Below are positions 10,425 through 20,093 of a DNA stretch of 64,000 nucleotides, in pieces. The stretch is from an uncultured Gammaproteobacteria bacterium. Its GTDB lineage: Bacteria > Pseudomonadota > Gammaproteobacteria > JACCXJ01. The DNA lies in assembly GCA_963764725.1 (NCBI GenBank), contig CAVXTM010000004.1, positions 12,095-76,094 on the forward strand, read 5' to 3'. The position numbers and the translations under genes are program-made. The notes beneath the pieces are model-generated. The model did not search any database. It saw only the letters and a list, made by a program, of their open reading frames with translations, and was not told the origin of the DNA. Position 1 is the first letter of the stretch; every line of letters starts with the position of its first letter.

Positions 10425-10649
10425 TATTTCCAACGAGGTATGAGTCTGAAGGCTAGGGTTTGGGTCGATCATTGCCGCATGGTGATCGACATGAACGAAA
10501 CGCAGCTCAAGATGGCGGCGCAGTTACGCGCTTTTTTTCAACGGCACGCTGGCTTCGAGTTCCAACCTATAGGCGAGGGCAGCTTGCGCTACGAGCGCAT
10601 CGCAGCGGTACTCAGGCGCTTGGGGTACCCGAGGAAAAAGGTCTTTTAA
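10425..10649 (+). mobile_element. IS end plus N-terminal fragment of an integrase-core (ISNCY-like) transposase
   Basis: MVIDMNETQLK-AQLRAF...RYERIAAVLRRLGYPR, preceded by TTTCCAA-ATGAGTCTGAA. Confidence 0.6.
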
Positions 10650-10764
10650 AATTCTTATTCTCAATCGGCCACCCTCGTGATTGACAACTCATCGGACACA
10701 CCGTATATTCCTGTTTAATAAAAAGGCTGGTTATTTTTCTATTCTTTTCAAGGGGGATTCGAGC

Positions 10765-11172
10765 ATGCAGACGGGATTGGCCAAACGAATCGACGAACTC
10801 GTCGAGTGCGGGTGGGAACCCATGACGACCACGGAGACCAGCGGGAGCCTCGTCGGACGCAGGCCGTTCAGCTTTTGGTTGTTCTTGTTCATGGTGATCT
10901 TCTTTCCGGTCTTCGGAGGCATCCTGTACCTGATCTTCTGGCTGGCGACCTCTCGGGCGACCGTCTTCCTCCACCAGGATGGCGACCAGGTCCACGAAGC
11001 GGGCGATCTGTGGCTGGTCCGGATGCAGGAGGCCCGGAGGGACGCGCACATCCGCGAGATGAAGCAGATCAAGGAGCGGGGCTTCCTGGCCGTGATGTGG
11101 CCGAAGCTCCTGGCTTTCCTCGTGTTGATGGTTCTGTGGATTGTTTTCCTGCGCTGGTACTTCTACTCCTAG
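10765..11172 (+). CDS. Hypothetical membrane protein
   Basis: 135 aa, GGGGA RBS, three hydrophobic segments. Confidence 0.65.
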   Translation: MQTGLAKRIDELVECGWEPMTTTETSGSLVGRRPFSFWLFLFMVIFFPVFGGILYLIFWLATSRATVFLHQDGDQVHEAGDLWLVRMQEARRDAHIREMKQIKERGFLAVMWPKLLAFLVLMVLWIVFLRWYFYS

Positions 11173-11522
11173 CTCCACGTTTCGTCTCTCGCCGGCTACG
11201 GGCTCGAGAGGACCACCTGCCACCTGGCGGGCCGATTACGAGGTTCAACGACGAGTTCGACGCCTCGAATGCGGCCCTAGCCCACGGCTCTGCGCTGCGC
11301 AGAGTGCGCCCATGAGACGCTCGTCGCCCTTTCGTGTAAAAAGCGTGGCTTTTGTCCAGTGCGCGGATTCACGAAGTAAGCGCAACGCGTCTTGAACGAG
11401 GGTGGGGAGCGGTGACACTTGCTGCCTCCTCATCCGGCCAGAAACGTGGTTACACCCATGACGACGTACCACCAGCTCACCCAAGTCGTGGCGTACGGGA
11501 GTCGTCATGACTGTCGGCGAGG

Positions 11523-12605
11523 CTACTTCTTGACGTTCGCGAAGATCGCGCGCTCTTTGTCCGCGCGATGCATGTCGAGCACACCACCTTCGACGCTCCA
11601 GGTGACCGCGGACTCGAGCGCGGCCAGGAACTCGCGCTCCTGGACCATGAGTTCCTCGGCGCACGACTTTCGGGTGGTTATCGCAGGTCCGACCTTGAGG
11701 CTGGTCCCCTGCGTGGAGTAGGGCGCCCGGAAGGTGTTGCAGCCGGCGTTGCCCGACGCCGTCCCTTCTGCGAAGGAGAAGGTGATCCGGGTTCCCGCGA
11801 GGAGGCTGACGACGGCGTGCCGGTTGTTGTTGAAGCCGGTGACGTCCCAGGTGACGCCCTCGATCCGCGGAGCCGGTTCGGGCTCGAACGCGAGCACGTC
11901 GCCCGATGCGGCGGTCAGGCTCAACCGGTCGCCCGTGATCGTGTAGCGGACCGTACCCGAGAACGCCGCCCTGAGAGCGCTCTCGAACGACATCGCCGGC
12001 TCGGGGCAGGCCATCATCGTGCCCGCGAGCTGCCCAAGCGTCACGCGATCCGCGTCGACCGTGTACGAGCCCATGAAGTTGTTGCAGCCCGAGAACCCCG
12101 AGACCCGACCCGCCTCGAATCGCGCGGTCGCGGGACGCGACAACGCAGCGAGGACCTTCGGGTCCTTCCCGGAGAGGCTGGTGAGCCGCCACGAGACGCC
12201 CTCGAGCCTCCTCGCGTTCGCGGCAGAGCCGGCCGGCACCGGGACCCGGCAGCATCCCGCAAGGAATCTCAGGTCGGGCAGCGAGACCCGCGCCGTCACG
12301 GGGTGCTTCGCGTCGGACATGCCGTCGCTGCAGGCGGCGTCCCGCAGGAAGACCACGAGGTCACGGCCCGCGGCTGGCGACCCACGCCAGAGCCCCTCAC
12401 GAAGCACCTCGTTGCGGGTCGCGACACCCCGGAATGTCATGGGCTCTTCACCGGGAATCGTGACACGGGCGATGCCGGGTGCTGTGAGCTCGACGCTCCA
12501 CGAGGGCTCGTTGCCGAAACAAACGAGCGGCGACTCCCCAGCCGCCGCCGCGCAGGAAGAGGCCACCACACACAAGACTGCCACACCGAATCTGAGCATC
12601 GTCAT
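11523..12605 (-). CDS. Exported protein with an N-terminal COG3650-like domain and two META/HslJ domains
   Basis: GNEPSWS...CSDGMSD; two copies of G-(S/A)GCN-F...T-(M/K)-(A/S)C. Confidence 0.85.
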   Translation of the reverse strand: MTMLRFGVAVLCVVASSCAAAAGESPLVCFGNEPSWSVELTAPGIARVTIPGEEPMTFRGVATRNEVLREGLWRGSPAAGRDLVVFLRDAACSDGMSDAKHPVTARVSLPDLRFLAGCCRVPVPAGSAANARRLEGVSWRLTSLSGKDPKVLAALSRPATARFEAGRVSGFSGCNNFMGSYTVDADRVTLGQLAGTMMACPEPAMSFESALRAAFSGTVRYTITGDRLSLTAASGDVLAFEPEPAPRIEGVTWDVTGFNNNRHAVVSLLAGTRITFSFAEGTASGNAGCNTFRAPYSTQGTSLKVGPAITTRKSCAEELMVQEREFLAALESAVTWSVEGGVLDMHRADKERAIFANVKK

Positions 12606-12790
12606 CGTCTCCAGGAACGGCCGCAGCCTAGCACGCTCGCGTCGTCCGTAGAAATGGTGCGCGTTCCCTGTCATCGAGGCTGGACCATCAGCTTAGATCG
12701 TGGAGATAGGGATAAGAAAATCAATCCGGCACCCAAGCCAGGACGGCCCGCTGGTCCGCTGCAATCAGGTGCTTGAGCTGGCAGATGCAG

Positions 12791-13648
12791 TTATGTTAGG
12801 CCCTTGCGCGAACCGAACTTGTGGGAGTACGCCCACGTGAATTCCGCGCCGAACAAAAAAATCTGAGCGGAGTAGTAAACCCACAGCAGCACTATGACGA
12901 GCGACGCGGCTGCCCCGTAGCCTGAGGAGATGGCGCTGCGTCCGATGTAGGCGCCGATCAGAAACCTGCCGGTGACAAACAACAGCGAGGTGACGGCCGC
13001 GCCGATCCAGACATCTTTCCAATCGACCTGCACGCGCGGTATCGTCTTGTAGATCATTGCGAACACCGCGGTCGACAGCACGAAGCCGAGCGCGGGGTCG
13101 ATCGCCTGCGCAATCGTCTCCCATCCACCGAACAGCGGGTCCCACCATCGGCTCAGCGCGGCCAGGGTGGCGCTGAACGCCAGCGACACCATCAACAGGA
13201 AGCCAATACCGAGAATCATCCCGAACGACAACAGCCGGGCACGCACAAATCGCCACACACCGGTGTGCCCGCTCTTTGCTGGCGCCCGCCAGATGCGATC
13301 GAGAGCGTCCTGAAGTTCGGCAAAGACGGATGTCGCGCCAATGTAGAACAGGACAAGGCCGAAGGCTGTGGCGAGCACGTTTTCGACTGGCTTACCGCCG
13401 CTTTCGATGAGGCCCTGCACCGCCAACGCGCCCTGCGGGCCGAGCATACCGTCCAACTGATCGAAAATTTCGCCGCGGGCGGCTTCTTCGCCGAAAACCA
13501 TTCCAGCGATCGAAATCACGATCAGCAACAGCGGGGCGATCGAGAAGATCGTGTAAAAGGCCAATGCTGCACCCATGCTCTGGGCATAGTCCTGCACCCA
13601 GTTGACGGCGGTAGCCTTGAGCAAATCCACGACATCCTTGCGACTCAT
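12791..13648 (-). CDS. YihY/virulence factor BrkB family membrane protein
   Basis: GAALAFYTIFSIAPLL, ELQDALDRIW, YGAAASLVIVLLWVYYSAQIFLFGAEF. Confidence 0.92.
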   Translation of the reverse strand: MSRKDVVDLLKATAVNWVQDYAQSMGAALAFYTIFSIAPLLLIVISIAGMVFGEEAARGEIFDQLDGMLGPQGALAVQGLIESGGKPVENVLATAFGLVLFYIGATSVFAELQDALDRIWRAPAKSGHTGVWRFVRARLLSFGMILGIGFLLMVSLAFSATLAALSRWWDPLFGGWETIAQAIDPALGFVLSTAVFAMIYKTIPRVQVDWKDVWIGAAVTSLLFVTGRFLIGAYIGRSAISSGYGAAASLVIVLLWVYYSAQIFLFGAEFTWAYSHKFGSRKGLT

Positions 13649-13950
13649 GTTGCCGCTCCACGTCGCTCGTGGGGCATCTTTGCCTGGTTCCTCGCGCGGT
13701 TGAAGCACCGCACCGCGATCAGCCGCGTTCCGGCAAATTCGGAAAACACGATGGCCATGATCACAGTGATCAAGACAGCCAAAAAGGCGCCTGGAATGCC
13801 CCACAGTCCTGACCAGACCGTCAGGCTGACCAGAATGGCGAAAGGACTGAGATTGAGCGAATTACCCATCACGCATGGGTCGAGAAAGTTGCCGATGAGA
13901 AGCTGAACGACAGTTAGAAGCAACAACACGGCAAAGACCTCGTTCGGATT
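13645..13950 (-). pseudogene. AI-2E family transporter C-terminal fragment
   Basis: QLLIGNFLDP-VMGNSLNLSPFAILVSL-WSGLWGIPGAFLAV; N-terminal part absent. Confidence 0.75.
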
Positions 13951-14155
13951 TCCGAATCTTCGGTGTACGCGCGTCGCTCCGCTCGAATTTCCCGGCACAA
14001 TTAGCAATGACTGCCATCGGGATCCGTTGCGATAAGCCCGATCCACGCGCCGCAACGCAGCGTGGAATGATCGTCGGCTGATCATACACCGCGTTGCAAT
14101 ACGAAATCCAACCAATAGGATCGAAGGCGGTCAAGCTATAGATCGGGTAGCGGCG

Positions 14156-14947
14156 CTACAGCGGTGCACGGTTCATCGGTGTCCGCAGCTTGAGCATGCG
14201 CAGCAGCCGGAAGACTGCCGCCGCCGCGAGCAGATGCTTTAGTGTATGCCCGCTCACGATCTCGCCGGTAGCGGTGAAGATCGCGCGATCGAAGTGCTCG
14301 GCGATCTTCGCCAGCGCATACAGGATTGCCACCACGAAAAAATCCCCGTCCCGCGTATAGCGGGGAGGGAAGAGCGCAATCATGAGCAGGACAAGGAGCG
14401 CCGAGCCGAACTGCACCGCGCCATAGGGGTTCAGGTTCTCGACGCCTTGCGCGGCGCTCCAGCGCCAATACCACACGCTCGCCGCCCCGAGCAGGCCCAG
14501 CGGAATGAGCAGCCGCCGGCCCGCCTTCACGCTGATGCGCTCGCTCACCGCAGCCGCGACGATCCCCATGAACCCGATGGCCATGGGCAGCCGATCCCAG
14601 GCGAGGCGCGGACTGTCCGGCGCCGCATGGTAATACCACGAACCGCAGCAGGTCAGCGCGGTCGCGGCGAACACCAAGCCCCATGCCCATCGCTCCGACG
14701 AGTCTTGGAACGCCCTGCTGCCGTCCGCCTGCGTCCCCATGAGCACGAAGTGCAGCCCCATCACGCCCGCGACGAAGAAAGCCAGGTTCGACGTCACGTT
14801 GAGGAAGTTGGCGATGCCCAGCATCGGCCGCTGGTCCGCGAAGTAGTGGTAGTCCTCGGGCTGCGCGAACCGCGGTGCAATCCCGGCGGCGAAAGCGATC
14901 GTGGCAGCGCTTGCCCAGACGATGGCAATGCGCGTTTCGCGGCTCAT
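14156..14947 (-). CDS. Alkaline phytoceramidase-like (CREST) membrane hydrolase
   Basis: QPEDYHYFADQR, NVTSN, GSWYYH, WDRLPM, SGHTLKHL. Confidence 0.85.
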   Translation of the reverse strand: MSRETRIAIVWASAATIAFAAGIAPRFAQPEDYHYFADQRPMLGIANFLNVTSNLAFFVAGVMGLHFVLMGTQADGSRAFQDSSERWAWGLVFAATALTCCGSWYYHAAPDSPRLAWDRLPMAIGFMGIVAAAVSERISVKAGRRLLIPLGLLGAASVWYWRWSAAQGVENLNPYGAVQFGSALLVLLMIALFPPRYTRDGDFFVVAILYALAKIAEHFDRAIFTATGEIVSGHTLKHLLAAAAVFRLLRMLKLRTPMNRAPL

Positions 14948-15004
14948 AGAAAAGGTGTGCGTCCCCTTTTCGCTTTCGCCTTTTCGCTTTTCGTCCCGGG
15001 GGCC

Positions 15005-16261
15005 TCAGTTCCCTTCGCGGCGCAATTCGGGCGCGATCTCGTACACCGCAGCTCCGACGCGCTCGGGATAGTCGTCCGGGAAGGTCCACATGCTGCGGTC
15101 CGGCGCGTGCACCAGGCCGCGCCAGGCCGGGTCGAAGGGATAGATCATCGACAGCAGCACGTCGCTGGAGATCTTCTCGTTGGCCACCCAGTAGCCGTGG
15201 CCGCGCATGCCGGCGAGCTCGTGGGCGCCGTACACGTCGGCCACGTCGATGCCCACCAGGCGATCGTTGCTCGAAAGGGTCTCCAGTTCGTCCCGCGTGA
15301 GCTCGTCGAAACGCGGACGCCCCAGGCGCGAAGCGCGGGACAGGAGAGCCGCGAACTGGAGCGCGCCGTCGTTCTCCGAGACGTACACCTCCGTGCGCCT
15401 GGCGATGTCGTTCAGCGCCGGCAGGTGGGAACGCGCGAAGGTCTGGAGGTCGATGTCGGCGGCCACGAAGATCGCGTTGGCGATGCGATAGCGGCGCTGC
15501 AGCGCCGCGTGGTCCTCCGCGGGGTGGCGGTTGCGCAGCTCGACCAGCGCCTCGGCGAGCAGCGGCGAGCCGCAGCTGAAGGCGATCAGATTGATGCGTC
15601 GGGCCTGGCTGCGCTCGGCGACCAGCTCCACCAGCCGCGCGATGTCCGGCACGAAGGCGCGCGCGCGCGGACAGTCGACCAGGTAGTTCCAGACCGAAGT
15701 GCCCGTCGGCCAGCTGAAGGCCACCACCGACGACGAGCGACCGAGGTAGTGCGCCCAGCTGCCCATCAGCACCATCACCTGGTCGAAGGTGACGCGGTAC
15801 CCCGGCACGTAGATCACCGCTTCCCCGGTGCGCGAGGTCTGGACCTGCCGATCGATGCCGTCGATGAAGGCGCGATCGGCGTCGCTCCCCAGCACGCCGA
15901 ACTCCTCGACCGACGTGACGCGGGCCGGGCGCAGCGCGTCGATGCTGCTGTTGCGATCCGATTCCACGAGATCGGCGAAGGACCAGCCGGGCTCGCCGAG
16001 CTGCACGTGCGCGAGGCCGAGGCGCACCGCATCGCCTCTGCTCTGGGAATAGCGTTCGGGATATCCCTCGGGTGCCGGCGCTCGCGTCGTGGCGTAGAAG
16101 ACGCGCACGTCGGTGTCGCGATTCTCGGGCGCCACGAAGCGCGTGAAGTCGAGACGCGGATCCTTCATGAGGATCGGCGCCGGGAACATGGTCCAGTAGC
16201 GTTCGCCGGCTGCACAACCGAACAGCACACCGACGAGTAGGAGGGCGGCGACACGGTCCAT
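15005..16261 (-). CDS. Alpha/beta hydrolase lipoprotein (DUF900-like)
   Basis: Lipobox LFGC, VFYATTR, IYVPGY, FSWP, nucleophile-like AFSCG, AADID. Confidence 0.85.
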   Translation of the reverse strand: MDRVAALLLVGVLFGCAAGERYWTMFPAPILMKDPRLDFTRFVAPENRDTDVRVFYATTRAPAPEGYPERYSQSRGDAVRLGLAHVQLGEPGWSFADLVESDRNSSIDALRPARVTSVEEFGVLGSDADRAFIDGIDRQVQTSRTGEAVIYVPGYRVTFDQVMVLMGSWAHYLGRSSSVVAFSWPTGTSVWNYLVDCPRARAFVPDIARLVELVAERSQARRINLIAFSCGSPLLAEALVELRNRHPAEDHAALQRRYRIANAIFVAADIDLQTFARSHLPALNDIARRTEVYVSENDGALQFAALLSRASRLGRPRFDELTRDELETLSSNDRLVGIDVADVYGAHELAGMRGHGYWVANEKISSDVLLSMIYPFDPAWRGLVHAPDRSMWTFPDDYPERVGAAVYEIAPELRREGN

Positions 16262-16593
16262 AGGGCGAGCGTAGCCGCGTGCGTGGGAATGTTCAAGCAC
16301 ACTGCGCGCCACCGATCGGGAGCGTGCGCCGGTGCAGGAGGAGCCAGGCGAAGACGCAGGCGATGAGACCCCGCCAGCGGGCACGTGCTTCAGATTGTGC
16401 CCGCTCAAGCTGCCCCAGGTCGCAAACCCGATCTGCCAGTGAGCATAGTCAACATGAACGCCCTCTGCCCTCGCTCCCGCTGCTGGGTCCCGTCCCCATG
16501 ACGTCCGGATAGGACGTCCAAGCGGGTGATTCTAGGTCTGAGAAGGCCCATTCTGTCAAATCGCGGTCTAACGATTCCCCCGCTCTCGGGCGA

Positions 16594-17154
16594 TTACGCG
16601 GCGTCGTTTTTGCCCCGGCGTGGCCAGAAGGTGATGGCAAGCCCGATGAGAAGCACAGCGGCCAGGAGCAAAAAGAGTGCGGACTGTTTGAACCACGCGA
16701 TCGCCGGCACCGAAAGTACCATGGCGAGGCCCAGAAAGCAGATTTGCAAGGAAAGGAGATTGACTCCGGCGAGAAAAGTGCCGAGCGCAAGCAACATCAA
16801 AAAAACCAGACTCTGTGCCGGCCTAGGCACCAGACTTTGAACCCCGGGTAACAGCATGATGTTCATCATGACCAAAAAAGTCGTCCAGTGGAGCGCTTGC
16901 GTCCAAACTAGCCGAAGGTGAGCTTCCCTGTTGTCAACCTTAGGCCATTCCGTGAGAACGCAGACAGCTCCGATTGCAAGAGCCAAAAACTCCCAGAAGC
17001 CAGCGAGAGGGCGGTGCGAAATGCTGTTATAGGCCACGCCGAGAATTGCCAGCGTTAGTACGACAACGAAAGGCAACTTCGCCCGTAAAAAGCTCACTTT
17101 CCGGGAATGGCCCGGGGGATCAGCTGTATCTTGTGTCAATCTCGGTTCGCTCAT
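16594..17154 (-). CDS. Hypothetical multi-pass membrane protein
   Basis: 186 aa, about six TM segments, TQALHW and LALGTFLAG. Confidence 0.7.
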   Translation of the reverse strand: MSEPRLTQDTADPPGHSRKVSFLRAKLPFVVVLTLAILGVAYNSISHRPLAGFWEFLALAIGAVCVLTEWPKVDNREAHLRLVWTQALHWTTFLVMMNIMLLPGVQSLVPRPAQSLVFLMLLALGTFLAGVNLLSLQICFLGLAMVLSVPAIAWFKQSALFLLLAAVLLIGLAITFWPRRGKNDAA

Positions 17155-17246
17155 TACTAGTCTCCAATTCCGAACACCCAGTTAGCATCGCGCTCGCATG
17201 TGTCATTCCACTAGAAGCTGCATGACTCTCAAATCCCTGAATATCG

Positions 17247-18299
17247 CTAAGCTTTAGTAGTAGCGCCAGATTTTGACATTAGGTGTGCGATCCAACGGGT
17301 TGACGGATTCTGTTCCCAGACGGTGAAAAGTGCGATTGTCAGGGGGAGGCCGATAAATGCCCCGGGCATGCCCCATAGAAAATCCCAGATTATAAATGCG
17401 AACAGCATCACGAAGGGTGAAATTGCGAGAGCGGTGCCAGCCAGCATCGGCTCCAGGTAGCTGCCGATCACAAATTGGATCAGGTACAAACTCCCGAAAA
17501 TGATCACCGCCATCTGCCACGATTCGAATTGCACGGCCGCGAAAATCACTGGAAGGACGACGGCTATAAGTGTGCCGAGATAAGGGATGTAGTTCAACAC
17601 AAACGATATGATGCCCCATTCGACTGGGAGTTCAAGCCCGACAGAAAGCGCGAAGATAAAGACCGCCAAGCCGGTCACAGCACTCGCCACGGTGCGTATG
17701 AGCATGTATGTCCGGATTTTCTTGGCAATCTGACTGCTCGTTTCCGACAAACTCCAACCACTCAATTTCTTGTCCAGCGCTTCAATTTTCATTTTGAAGT
17801 CGCCGATTTCCGCAAGCCCAAACATCAGAAATAAAAATACGACAAGAGAGAAGCCAACAAAATAATTGACTTGTGCCGCGATATACTGAAAGACGCCAAC
17901 GAACCAGGACTTATCGAAGCCAGTGGACAAGTCCAATGTAAAAATCTCATTTCCCTCAAGCCATTGATTTGCCCGCATGTACAGAGATTGAAAGCGGTCA
18001 ACGTTAGCCACGGCCCAATGACCAACTTCGCCAACACTCCAGATAATTGCCCACACAAGTATTGAGATGACAAGGAGTGTCAAGAGAACGCTGAGGGTGA
18101 GCGCAATAGGCTTCCCCATCCTCGCCTCAGCCGCTTCATGGAAGGGTGCAACAAGAGCCATGATGAAGAGCACGAACGCGATCGGCTCTAACACGATGCG
18201 AGCAAAATGAAGAGCGGCGGCTACGAGAACCACAGCCAAAATGGCGGAAACGATGCGATCTGGTCCGGCGCCAGTCACGACTGCTTCCTCATTGCTCAT
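17247..18299 (-). CDS. AI-2E family transporter
   Basis: FVLNYIPYLGT, GSYLEPML, WDFLWGMPGAFIGLPLT. Confidence 0.9.
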   Translation of the reverse strand: MSNEEAVVTGAGPDRIVSAILAVVLVAAALHFARIVLEPIAFVLFIMALVAPFHEAAEARMGKPIALTLSVLLTLLVISILVWAIIWSVGEVGHWAVANVDRFQSLYMRANQWLEGNEIFTLDLSTGFDKSWFVGVFQYIAAQVNYFVGFSLVVFLFLMFGLAEIGDFKMKIEALDKKLSGWSLSETSSQIAKKIRTYMLIRTVASAVTGLAVFIFALSVGLELPVEWGIISFVLNYIPYLGTLIAVVLPVIFAAVQFESWQMAVIIFGSLYLIQFVIGSYLEPMLAGTALAISPFVMLFAFIIWDFLWGMPGAFIGLPLTIALFTVWEQNPSTRWIAHLMSKSGATTKA

Positions 18300-18390
18300 T
18301 TTCCTGCCCGCCGTCTTTCGGTCTCGAGGTGCTAGCGACGTTGCGCCACAGGATAGCACCTCGGATGACGCACGATAAGCACGTTTGAGA

Positions 18391-18828
18391 TTAAACCACA
18401 ATGCCGTTGCCCTCATCGCTCTCATTGCCATGGAACCGCACGACATACGACGCCGGCGTGTCGATCAGCATTAGAACCGCCGGCGCCCGTCCGTTATCGC
18501 AAAGGCCATCCGTCCCCAGAACACCTTCGAAGCAATCAAGATTAAGTCGCGCACCATGGAAACCGCTTTCCCCAGAATCCGCCGGAAGAGGGGATGATAG
18601 CCCCGAAATCGGCAACGTATCATGGGCTAGCAAATGTTTTTTCACAAGGCCGGCCGTAAACAGCGCTCGAGGCATGGACACTGGCCGCGCAGATACTTCG
18701 ACATTGTCATGATCGGCATTGTGATTGCGGTTATGCTCTGGTGCACGCGGCATAACCGGGGCATACTTGCTGTCGAGCGACGCCGCTAGACGCACGTCCC
18801 GAAAAAGTTGCTCGGCTTTTTCGATCAT
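18391..18828 (-). CDS. Hypothetical protein
   Basis: 145 aa ORF co-oriented with the downstream genes; no recognised motif. Confidence 0.35.
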   Translation of the reverse strand: MIEKAEQLFRDVRLAASLDSKYAPVMPRAPEHNRNHNADHDNVEVSARPVSMPRALFTAGLVKKHLLAHDTLPISGLSSPLPADSGESGFHGARLNLDCFEGVLGTDGLCDNGRAPAVLMLIDTPASYVVRFHGNESDEGNGIVV

Positions 18829-19043
18829 GCTCCGGCTCTTTGATTTTGAGCTGCGTCCTTATCGAGCAAATGATTCCATTTGGTCAGGACACGCTCTAAG
18901 AGAACACGACCCAAGCATCAGCACCAATGGAGCTCTATGAGCGATGCTCGCTTTGCGACTCTGCGTCGCGCGCGGAAAAGCGGTAAAGTGCGTGACGCCT
19001 CGGTCTAGCTGTCTTACAATGTTAAAATTGTGATGGCCGTTAC

Positions 19044-20090
19044 ATGACCAAAAAATCGGCCAAGGCAGCCCCCTCGCGCGATCCCGTCCTTGTCGATTTT
19101 GCGCTGCAGGGAGGAGGCTCGCATGGGGCATTCACCTGGGGCGTGCTCGATCGTCTGCTGGAGGAGCCTTGGCTTGGAATCGACGGCATTTCCGGCACCT
19201 CCGCTGGCGCCATGAATGCCGCAGTGCTTGTCGATGGCTTCGCGGAAGGCGGGGCGGCTGGCGCACGGATGGCCTTAGAGAGTTTCTGGCGCCGCGTCTC
19301 CGAGGCGGCTCGCTTTAGCCCTTTCCGGCGCGGTCCGCTCGATGTGCTTCTCGGCCGCTGGACATTGGATTCCTCACCCATCTATGTCGGCATGGATCTC
19401 CTCTCCCGCCTGGTCTCGCCCTATGATTTGAATCCAATGGGCAACAATCCATTGCGCGCAATTCTGGGCGAACTCATCAATTTCGAACGGCTGGCGCAAG
19501 CGCCCATCAAGCTCTTCATCACCGCCACCAATGTCCGGACTGGGCGCGGTCATGTGTTCAAGAACAACGCTATTACGCCGGACGTTCTGCTCGCCTCGGC
19601 CTGTCTGCCCACCATGTTCCAGGCCATCGAGATTGACGGCGAGCCCTACTGGGACGGAGGTTATTCCGGCAATCCCACGCTTACGCCCCTCATTCGGGAG
19701 TGCAAATCGCAAGACACCATTCTCATTCAGATAAACCCGGTCGAGCGCAAAGGATCACCGCGCTCCGCCTCCGAGATTATGAACCGTCTGAATGAAGTGT
19801 CCTTCAACGCCGTTCTACTGAAGGAGCTGCGCATGATCGCCTTGCTGCGGCAAGTCGCCAATCCGGGCGACAGCGAGGGCGCGCAATGGGCCGGCATGCG
19901 CATCCACCGCGTCGCGAGCGAGATGATGACGGACCTCGGCGCCTCCTCCAAGCTCAACGCGGAATGGGAATTCTTTTCCCTGCTACACGAGGAAGGGCGA
20001 AGGTCTGCGCAAGTCTTTTTGGAGACGCATGCATCGGATATCGGGCGTCGCTCAACCCTGGATCTCGACGTTTTGCTGGAACAGGTCTGA
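19044..20090 (+). CDS. Patatin-like phospholipase/esterase
   Basis: GGGSHG, GTSAG, DGGY motifs. Confidence 0.92.
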   Translation: MTKKSAKAAPSRDPVLVDFALQGGGSHGAFTWGVLDRLLEEPWLGIDGISGTSAGAMNAAVLVDGFAEGGAAGARMALESFWRRVSEAARFSPFRRGPLDVLLGRWTLDSSPIYVGMDLLSRLVSPYDLNPMGNNPLRAILGELINFERLAQAPIKLFITATNVRTGRGHVFKNNAITPDVLLASACLPTMFQAIEIDGEPYWDGGYSGNPTLTPLIRECKSQDTILIQINPVERKGSPRSASEIMNRLNEVSFNAVLLKELRMIALLRQVANPGDSEGAQWAGMRIHRVASEMMTDLGASSKLNAEWEFFSLLHEEGRRSAQVFLETHASDIGRRSTLDLDVLLEQV

Positions 20091-20093
20091 CGC

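Noticed and set aside
14136-16240. Long 693 aa and 664 aa ORFs
   Set aside because: Arg/Ala/Gly-rich shadow frames over the ceramidase-like and hydrolase genes, expected in high-GC DNA.
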